Shown here in pieces: positions 57,070 to 64,000 of a stretch of 64,000 nucleotides of DNA (positions are counted from its first letter, which is position 1; each line of letters opens with the position of its first letter). Made by a program: the position numbers and the translations under genes. This DNA is from a virus, in IMG/VR virus record IMGVR_UViG_3300027976_000006, positions 92,976 to 156,975 of that record, one strand, 5' to 3'. The notes under the pieces are model-generated. The model was given only the letters and a program-made list of their open reading frames with translations, was not told the origin of the DNA and ran no database searches.

Positions 57070-58023
57070 ATGCCATTATCTCAGTGGAATTTAGATTTTC
57101 TAAACCATAATGCGCAGCGTAGTTATCCGTTGACTGCGGAATCAACTAAGCAAGATGTTACAATGTCGTTTGAAATTCCAACCGATTTTCTTGTAGGGTT
57201 AGATTTGTCTGTGTCTCCCGCTATGGATATGGAGACTGGGCGATTTTTCATTAGACAACTTGGTCTATTTGCTTCTGGCATTCAATTAATCATAGCTTAC
57301 GACACAGGGTTCAGCCTCGTAGATGTAGCCACTGGTTTAATACCTACTACCACCACTATTAGAAACAAAGTCTTTGCACTTAATGGCATAGGCGTTTACA
57401 CAGACATAAGCGGTAAAGTGATTATCGGGCGAGTAGATACTATCCAAGAGCAGCCTAGCGGTCTGTTTACTTTTGCTCTGGAAGATACTCGCATCGAACC
57501 GCAGGCTATTCGCCCCATGATTAAAGGTATATCTGCAATACGGGTGTCCTCCGGCGTAGGCGGAGTCAGCCAAAATTTGTATGGCGATATTGAGTTAGTA
57601 GCTGGCACTAACATTCAAATTTCTACTGCAATAATCGGGTCAGAAACAAAGATTATTATAAGTGCATTAGCCGGTGAAGGCACTATCGAACAATGCGTCT
57701 GCGAGGGAGAAGCTGCTGCTATACCCTGCATTAAAACTATTAACGGAATCGGCCCAACTACTGGCGGTAACTTTAATTTTATCGGTGATGACTGTTTACA
57801 TTTTACTCCGGCTGTCAATGGGCTTAAAGTTACAGATTCTTGCTGCACTCCTTGTTGCGGGTGTGCGGAATTAGAAATTATTACTAGAGATTTAGAGCGT
57901 TTTGCAACGCAGCGCAACGCTTTAGACTTATTTGTTAACCAGTTATCGGCAGAAACAGCTACTTTCGACATGACCGTGCTCGGTGCACGCCTTGGGGATC
58001 GGCGCTGTTTGACCTGCACATAA
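57070..58023 (+). CDS. Cys-rich tail/baseplate protein (paralogue 1)
   Basis: FLNHNAQRSYPL; IKTINGIGP..GNFNF; CCTPCCGC. Confidence 0.7.
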   Translation: MPLSQWNLDFLNHNAQRSYPLTAESTKQDVTMSFEIPTDFLVGLDLSVSPAMDMETGRFFIRQLGLFASGIQLIIAYDTGFSLVDVATGLIPTTTTIRNKVFALNGIGVYTDISGKVIIGRVDTIQEQPSGLFTFALEDTRIEPQAIRPMIKGISAIRVSSGVGGVSQNLYGDIELVAGTNIQISTAIIGSETKIIISALAGEGTIEQCVCEGEAAAIPCIKTINGIGPTTGGNFNFIGDDCLHFTPAVNGLKVTDSCCTPCCGCAELEIITRDLERFATQRNALDLFVNQLSAETATFDMTVLGARLGDRRCLTCT

Positions 58024-58027
58024 AATT

Positions 58028-59710
58028 ATGAGTAATACACGAGGGCGACAACCAGTTGGCTTAAACCAGCCCCCAAGTGGCGGGTCTGCCTATCCGTTTG
58101 TATCTCCTTCGGTTGATATTTTGAATTTATTGGCTGACTTCTTTGTGTCGTTCGATGACCTTTCTGACACGTTTGTTTATCCTCTATATGTAGCTTGGAT
58201 GCACGGATTTGGCACTGTGACTACGGCACCACCCGTGGGCTGGCCTGCTCCTGCCCACACTCACGATCTTGTGGTAAGGGATGCTAATGATGCAATAGTA
58301 TTTAACTCTACCACTGCAATTCGTTTTACTACGGAAGTATGGGACAACCGCTTATTAATACTTGAATGGACAACTGAACACAACATATGTCGTTGTGCTG
58401 TGCACACAGATTGGACAGATGCAGACATCAGTGACTTACAGTCTCGAAGCTATACTACATACATTGTTCCAGAACGGGGCGAGTTACAGGCAGACACCTG
58501 GTATAAAATGCCTAAACGAGTATTGTCACTTAGTGTCGGGCTTACCTACATTACAAAAAGCAATATAACCTTAGCTGAAGGTTACAATGTGCAAATTTCT
58601 CAAATTGCGGCCACCCCTGCTTTAACCCTGGCTAACTTTAATCCGCTAGAAGACCAAACAACCAAACCTTTAGTGGAAGGCACTAGGAACACGCAACAAA
58701 TTTTGTTAGAGGCCATCCCATTAGCCGGATTGGGCGTATTTCCGGGCTGCGTTGATCAAGAAAAAGTAATTCGCACAATCAACGCAGTCCGCAGTAACCA
58801 GCATCAAAACTTTTTATACGACAGCGAAGGTTGCATAAGAGTACAACGCCCTGTTGTGCTTAATTCTTCTTCGCCCCGTATTTTTCACTACGGTACCGCT
58901 AGCTTACCCGCTGCGACGGAGGCTGCTGCCGCTATTCTTGTCAGCAATGATTGCAAAAATTGTTGTGACTGCACCTATTTTGCTCAAACTTACCAAGGGT
59001 TAAAGCGCCAATGGAATTTATTTAAAAGTACGGCAGAAAATGCAGAAAAAGTCCGAGACAGATACGCTCAAAATAAAGAACGATGGTTGGTGCAGAAACA
59101 AATACGGGAAGCAGATATATTGCGAGTGCGCATCTCGTTGGACGGTAAATGTAAAATACGGTGGGGGATAGCTTTCTGTAACGCCAGTAAATGTTGCTTG
59201 AGCAATGTTACAGTATATTTAACTTGGCTTCAGTACCTCAATGGTGTTTTACAAACACCTGTCCTCCCTCAATTTGATTGCCCTCCAACTATGTTAGACG
59301 GGGACGAGCAATGTGATGGGCCTATCCCCATTGTGGCAGCCCAAATAAATGCGTTAGGTAACGCTTCTAAACTCACATGGGGTTACAGCAACCCACAGAC
59401 TGTTACAACTTTATACGGGAGACACTGTATGCCGGATTGCGGCAGTCATCCCGATGGGGCTTTAAAATTTAAACTTCATGTTTGCATAACATGGGAAGCC
59501 GCACTTAAAAATCCAGCAACTGGCGAAGCCTGCGTGTTTCCCTCCGTGCAGTATTCTGCAATTCCAGACGCAGTTCAAAGTATTTGGGGAGCTTCTGGGA
59601 TGGTTTTACCTGCAAACATTAAAGACGAAAAAATAACTCCTTTAACCGTAACCGATAAATCGAACCCCTTCTGTAGGCGCTGTAGCTGCGTAGAAGAATT
59701 AACTATTTAA
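58028..59710 (+). CDS. Cys-rich tail/baseplate protein (paralogue 2)
   Basis: AYPF...LLADF; IRTINAV; CKNCCDC followed by a coiled coil. Confidence 0.7.
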   Translation: MSNTRGRQPVGLNQPPSGGSAYPFVSPSVDILNLLADFFVSFDDLSDTFVYPLYVAWMHGFGTVTTAPPVGWPAPAHTHDLVVRDANDAIVFNSTTAIRFTTEVWDNRLLILEWTTEHNICRCAVHTDWTDADISDLQSRSYTTYIVPERGELQADTWYKMPKRVLSLSVGLTYITKSNITLAEGYNVQISQIAATPALTLANFNPLEDQTTKPLVEGTRNTQQILLEAIPLAGLGVFPGCVDQEKVIRTINAVRSNQHQNFLYDSEGCIRVQRPVVLNSSSPRIFHYGTASLPAATEAAAAILVSNDCKNCCDCTYFAQTYQGLKRQWNLFKSTAENAEKVRDRYAQNKERWLVQKQIREADILRVRISLDGKCKIRWGIAFCNASKCCLSNVTVYLTWLQYLNGVLQTPVLPQFDCPPTMLDGDEQCDGPIPIVAAQINALGNASKLTWGYSNPQTVTTLYGRHCMPDCGSHPDGALKFKLHVCITWEAALKNPATGEACVFPSVQYSAIPDAVQSIWGASGMVLPANIKDEKITPLTVTDKSNPFCRRCSCVEELTI

Positions 59711-59722
59711 TGGAATGTTAGT

Positions 59723-61468
59723 ATGCCGATTCGCAATAACCATTGGTACAACCTTAACGAACAGCGCTTTTATCCGCTGGACGATACTGCGTCAGCTCGC
59801 TCGGACAATGGCGACTTGCTACCAAATTCTTTAATCGCCGACTTACGCTTATGCTGGCCTAGAGAATACGGCGAACATGCTTTCATTAGTGCAGCCACAA
59901 GTACGCCTGGTTTAGTTACTGTACTTATTGAAGTCGCAACCACACTAGAAAACAATCCGAGTGATTCCGTATTAATAGCAGGTGTAACTCTTCCTAAGAC
60001 AGAATTAACCAACGGCAGAACTTATGCCTTAACCACGTTTAAACCAGGGGTTGGCGGATTTATTGTGTTGGGTACAAACTTAGAGCAGGCATACTCCGGT
60101 CGTTTTAGTTCTCCTTCTCAATCTTTGTTAACTCCTAGGGCTGCCCGTCCTAATCGTGCACCTCCTGTGCCTACAATCAAAGTAAGCGATGCAGCCACAG
60201 CTCTATCCGGATTAGTTAAACTAACTGCAACACCTCCTTTATATCTAGAAAAAGAAACACGCATTATCTACGGGGTAGAATACTCTAATGTTATTGTTTT
60301 TCGACTAAAGGAGGGCAGGCAGAACGCAGGAATAGTGGCCCTAAATGACTCAGTTTTTGCCACTTTCTCTGGGCCTTGTGGCAAGCGAGCAGGCTCGAAA
60401 ACTTGCAGTGACCCGCAACCTGTGCAATTTATTAACGGCGTTGCCCCGGACTGTGCCGGAATACTTACTTTAGATTTTCAAGGATGTGCGGTTGTCGGTA
60501 AAAATACAAAAGATTGTGGAATTATTCTAGACTGTTCCTTAGGTTTATCCGCTAGCTGTACCCCTCCGTACTTGCCAGTATTGCTTACAGGAAAATTACC
60601 AAGCGAATCTCCGCGAGTTGTAATTCCTCCAGTACAGCCTCCTATGCCCCCTGCTGTGTCGACTGTAAGCATCAGCGATGTGGTAGAAACCATATTAAAT
60701 CTACCTTACTGTGATACTTTTGATGAAATGATTGCCGTCGGATTTTATCCGGTAGGTGACTCGCTTTTTAATTTTGTTTCTGACGACAGCCCGGGAGAAA
60801 ACGATTGTTGCGTAACTGCTTCTACATCGCATGGTTGCGATATGTCTATATCCGTATCCCACGCATATTCCGTCTCCTATTCCAACTCCCACCGTAATTC
60901 CTATTCATTGTCTTACGATAAAGTGTTAGAAGCTATAGAAATTGCAAGCAGTTACGCCACAATACATCCAAATGCACAAGCACGCACCAACATTTCTATT
61001 TGGACAATGGATATTCAAGCACTGTACCGCAAGTATACAACAGATGTCAAAATCATCAACGGACAACCGGGGAGTAAAAAAAATGCAGGAATTATTTTAA
61101 ACTACAGACAAGTGTTACCAAATGTATTCAATTACTTAGTTGCGCTATTAGATGTCGAAACAAGCACTTTTGGAATCTACTTTTTTAACGGGTTACTTCT
61201 TGCACCTTTCAGCACAACAGTGGTCCCAGAGCTTAAAACAAACGACTGGTACCGCATTAGTTTTTCAGCACTTCCGGACAGCATAACGCAAACTAGCGTG
61301 CAGCTAATTGCTGATTTAACCGGCATTACAAACCCAGCGGTGACTGCAACGCTTTCTACCTCGATATCTTCCAATCTGTGGCAAACAGACGCAGGCAATG
61401 CCGGCGTGTACGCCAAACGCTCGTGCAGCTATTTTTCATTCTGGCGCGTGGAGGAAGTTGGAGTATGA
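59723..61468 (+). CDS. Cys-rich tail/baseplate protein (paralogue 3) with a C-terminal beta-sandwich
   Basis: WYNLNEQRFYPL...PNSLIADL; VQFINGVAP; C-terminal AGIILNY...WYRISF...GNAGVYA. Confidence 0.7.
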   Translation: MPIRNNHWYNLNEQRFYPLDDTASARSDNGDLLPNSLIADLRLCWPREYGEHAFISAATSTPGLVTVLIEVATTLENNPSDSVLIAGVTLPKTELTNGRTYALTTFKPGVGGFIVLGTNLEQAYSGRFSSPSQSLLTPRAARPNRAPPVPTIKVSDAATALSGLVKLTATPPLYLEKETRIIYGVEYSNVIVFRLKEGRQNAGIVALNDSVFATFSGPCGKRAGSKTCSDPQPVQFINGVAPDCAGILTLDFQGCAVVGKNTKDCGIILDCSLGLSASCTPPYLPVLLTGKLPSESPRVVIPPVQPPMPPAVSTVSISDVVETILNLPYCDTFDEMIAVGFYPVGDSLFNFVSDDSPGENDCCVTASTSHGCDMSISVSHAYSVSYSNSHRNSYSLSYDKVLEAIEIASSYATIHPNAQARTNISIWTMDIQALYRKYTTDVKIINGQPGSKKNAGIILNYRQVLPNVFNYLVALLDVETSTFGIYFFNGLLLAPFSTTVVPELKTNDWYRISFSALPDSITQTSVQLIADLTGITNPAVTATLSTSISSNLWQTDAGNAGVYAKRSCSYFSFWRVEEVGV

Positions 61469-62262
61469 CAGCTATTCGTTTTCCGGAGTTCTTGGACTCA
61501 CTAGAAAATACTAAATATCCATTTACACCTACAGCTGCTTTAAGCAACGGTAAAGTTTCATTCTTAGAAGGTACTTTTCTAGACGCGCATGTCTACGCCA
61601 CGACAAGTTTTTTTAGATATTACATTTCAGCCGTAGTAGTAGAATCCGGCAAATTTACAATTCATATAGGGGATGAGGCAGCACCTAGAAGTTTATACGG
61701 GGAGATTGATCTACCTATAGCGATTAAAAATGTGCAGCTACAGGATGATTACGGTAGACCTGCGGGCATACTTGTTTCAAACCCTGACCGTTTGGCCGTA
61801 TTGGCTACTTGGGGGATCGGTACCCATACATTTGAAAGAGGGCAGACAGAGTTTTGTGTTACTTGTCAGATGCCCATACCTAATCCGGGCGTATCTGGGT
61901 TTCTGCTGGAAACTGGGGAAATACTAAGTGGTAAAGTTTGGTTCGTAGGTGACGATGGCGTTGTTGTTTCTATTGCTACAGCGATTAATTCACAAAATAA
62001 TTTAGTAAGCTCATTACAAGTAAACGCAATAGGCGACCCACTTTACTTGCAAAGATTATGCAACCCGTCTAACATATTTACTCCGGTTAACCCTGTGCGT
62101 ATACTCAGAGTGGTAAATGGCGAAAACACATACGATTGTTTGCCGGACGTTCAGGGAAACTTTAATTTGCAGATGAATGATGACATGGCACCAGATGCAG
62201 CTTTGCGAATTCGTACGACTGCTGAAGGAATAATAATAAATGTAGAAGGGTCTACTACGTAG
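61465..62262 (+). CDS. Tail/baseplate protein (paralogue 4)
   Basis: ATG 61465 overlaps the previous stop (ATGA; track start 61378); FLDSLENTKYPF; PDVQGNFNL. Confidence 0.7.
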   Translation: MTAIRFPEFLDSLENTKYPFTPTAALSNGKVSFLEGTFLDAHVYATTSFFRYYISAVVVESGKFTIHIGDEAAPRSLYGEIDLPIAIKNVQLQDDYGRPAGILVSNPDRLAVLATWGIGTHTFERGQTEFCVTCQMPIPNPGVSGFLLETGEILSGKVWFVGDDGVVVSIATAINSQNNLVSSLQVNAIGDPLYLQRLCNPSNIFTPVNPVRILRVVNGENTYDCLPDVQGNFNLQMNDDMAPDAALRIRTTAEGIIINVEGSTT

Positions 62263-62278
62263 ATAATTGTGAGATAAT

Positions 62279-63295
62279 ATGGCGATACCTAATTTTTTCA
62301 ACGAAAACATTAACCGTAGTTTTCCATTTCAACGAGCAACAGTAGGGGTAGGTACGCCTACTAGTGGTTCCGTAACGATGAGACAACTGCCGGATAACTT
62401 TATTGCAGATTGTGGCTTTATTTTAGGCCCTGAATCTGGTTTTATTGACGGGATTCATTCTGTCTTTCTACACAAAATTTCGCGTGTCAGCGAATCGTTA
62501 ATTGAATACGAATTCCATTCAAATGCACCTAATTTGCTGGATAGTTTTTTAATATTCAGAAGGGATATTGCTGACCCGATTTACAGCACCGAGTTTGTGG
62601 AAAGCGATGCCCCGTTTTACGCCCCAGTTAGCCATTCTCTTTCTTTATCCATATCAGTCCCTTCTGTGACTTGTGGAGAACCTTTCTGGTCTGGTTATCT
62701 TGTAACTGGGCCTCTCGTTGCTGTTACGTCTCGCTTATCCAACGGGGAGGTAATTGTCCGTGTTGAAAACGACGAGACATTGGTTGAACCTGCATTACTC
62801 CAGAATTTAAACCAAAGTCAGCTTGTGTCGTTAAATATTGCAAACGCGGACAGAACTAGAGCAATACGCCCAGATAATTGCCCAGCGAACTCTTGGACTT
62901 TTCCGACTGGTCGTATTTATGTGGTACAAGAATGCATGCAAGGAAATTTACGGCTGCAGCCTGGTTATAATATGGAAATAAACCAAAATTCACTTACTAA
63001 CACAATTGAGTTTGCAGCAAAAGTAAAAGCAGGATTAGGAGAACCCTGTGAAGAATTTAAGTTATTTCCGCAAGAAACTGTACCGGCTGGGGCAAGTAAC
63101 AATTTATTTGCGGGAGATTATTATTGTAATGAAACATTAAGATCAATAAACGGGCTACAAGGCCCTAATTTGACATTAATTGCTGGCGTAGGTGTATCTA
63201 TCTTACCTGACAACGCCAACAGTACTGTAACTATAAACATTAACTTAAACGATTTACAAACATGTTCTTACGCCACAGTATCTGAATCTATTTAA
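62279..63295 (+). CDS. Tail/baseplate protein (paralogue 5)
   Basis: [12 protein letters not shown]...PDNFIADC; [10 protein letters not shown]. Confidence 0.7.
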   Translation: MAIPNFFNENINRSFPFQRATVGVGTPTSGSVTMRQLPDNFIADCGFILGPESGFIDGIHSVFLHKISRVSESLIEYEFHSNAPNLLDSFLIFRRDIADPIYSTEFVESDAPFYAPVSHSLSLSISVPSVTCGEPFWSGYLVTGPLVAVTSRLSNGEVIVRVENDETLVEPALLQNLNQSQLVSLNIANADRTRAIRPDNCPANSWTFPTGRIYVVQECMQGNLRLQPGYNMEINQNSLTNTIEFAAKVKAGLGEPCEEFKLFPQETVPAGASNNLFAGDYYCNETLRSINGLQGPNLTLIAGVGVSILPDNANSTVTININLNDLQTCSYATVSESI

Positions 63296-63308
63296 TAGGA
63301 GAGAAAGG

Positions 63309-64000
63309 ATGGGGCACAAAGCATACGCGGCACAAGGACCACAAGGACCAGTATTTGACATTATCAAATGCGATGTTCCTAGTATCTTTCCTATTTCAGC
63401 CGACGATTGGTTAGCTAATCCTCAAGTGCCACAAGCACCTGCGGATATCGCAGATTGCCCTGTAACTTTAATCCCAATTTTAGAACCGGAGCCACTGTGC
63501 CCCCAATTAACATTTCAAAAAGGTTCCCAAGGTTACGCTACTACTCGTATTGTGCCGGCTGGTCAACAATGTGCATTTTTTAAAATTACAAAAAACGAAT
63601 GTTGCGAATTTGATATTAGTGTGGATTTATGTTTTCCACAGGGGCCACAGGGGCCACAGGGGCCACAGGGGCCACAAGGACCACAGGGGCCACAAGGACC
63701 ACAGGGGCCACAAGGACCACAGGGGCCACAAGGACCTCAGGGGCCACAAAGCCCACGAGGACCTCAGGGGCCACAGGGGCCACAGGGGCCACAAGGACCA
63801 CAGGGGCCACAAGGACCACAGGGGCCACAGGGGCCACAAGGACCTCAGGGGCCACAAAGCCCACGAGGACCTCAGGGGCCACAAGGACCTCAGGGGCCAC
63901 AAAGCCCACAAGGACCTCAGGGGCCACAAGGACCACAAGGACCTCAGGGGCCACAAGGACCACAAAGCCCACAAGGACCACAGGGGCCACAAGGACCACA
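63309..64000 (+). CDS. Collagen-like fibre protein (3'-partial; absent from the ORF track)
   Basis: AGGAG upstream of ATG 63309. Translates as [21 protein letters not shown]...[22 protein letters not shown] and stays open to the window end. Confidence 0.88.
   Translation, partial: MGHKAYAAQGPQGPVFDIIKCDVPSIFPISADDWLANPQVPQAPADIADCPVTLIPILEPEPLCPQLTFQKGSQGYATTRIVPAGQQCAFFKITKNECCEFDISVDLCFPQGPQGPQGPQGPQGPQGPQGPQGPQGPQGPQGPQGPQSPRGPQGPQGPQGPQGPQGPQGPQGPQGPQGPQGPQSPRGPQGPQGPQGPQSPQGPQGPQGPQGPQGPQGPQSPQGPQGPQGP
63636..64000 (+). repeat. 9-nt tandem repeat encoding (Gly-Pro-Gln)n
   Basis: GG(G/A)CC(A/T)CA(G/A) units to the end of the window. Confidence 0.97.

Larger units (their letters stand above)
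1..64000 (+). mobile_element. Segment of a large myovirus-type bacteriophage genome (head, RNAP, neck, contractile tail, baseplate and fibre modules)
   Basis: Unidirectional, tightly packed genes with AGGAG sites. Protease-scaffold-capsid, sheath-tube-chaperone-tape measure and baseplate gene order. No cellular housekeeping context. Confidence 0.93.

Noticed and set aside
1-64000. Minus-strand and short nested ORFs in the track, including 63616-63999 and 63627-63992
   Set aside because: They are shadows of longer + strand genes. The last two are the antisense of the GPQ repeat.
1-64000. Stop-codon reassignment
   Set aside because: Long ORFs tile the window in the standard code, and TAA, TAG and TGA all end genes at sensible boundaries.
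1-64000. tRNA, rRNA or structured ncRNA genes
   Set aside because: Intergenic gaps are at most about 100 nt and show only terminator-like hairpins.

Overview
This window is a gene-dense segment of a large tailed bacteriophage with a contractile tail. About 57 genes are all on the + strand, read in the standard code, many with AGGAG Shine-Dalgarno sites. The order is: head/internal-protein region (1-25.2 kb), glycosyltransferase, neck genes, tail sheath and tube, spike-like gene, frameshifted tail chaperones, tape measure, baseplate genes, paralogous Cys-rich fibre/baseplate genes, and a collagen-like gene cut by the window end. The most striking system is a rearranged, bacterial-type multi-subunit RNA polymerase in the head region. 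One 1.5-kaa polypeptide fuses all of beta to the N-terminal catalytic half of beta' (motif GADFDGD). The C-terminal half of beta' is a separate gene carrying a ~560-aa low-complexity tail, which begins at a K-x-A motif. Both Zn sites are lost and the rifampicin pocket is altered. The K-x-A(S/A) motif recurs in many head-region proteins, including the protease, scaffold and capsid N-terminus. I infer that it is a prohead-protease cleavage signal and that the polymerase is packaged in the virion. A sigma70-family factor lies among the baseplate genes. A cassette with a complete MMP-type metalloprotease, a papain-like protease and small membrane proteins interrupts the baseplate module. All assignments come from reading motifs by eye and from gene order; no database search was run.
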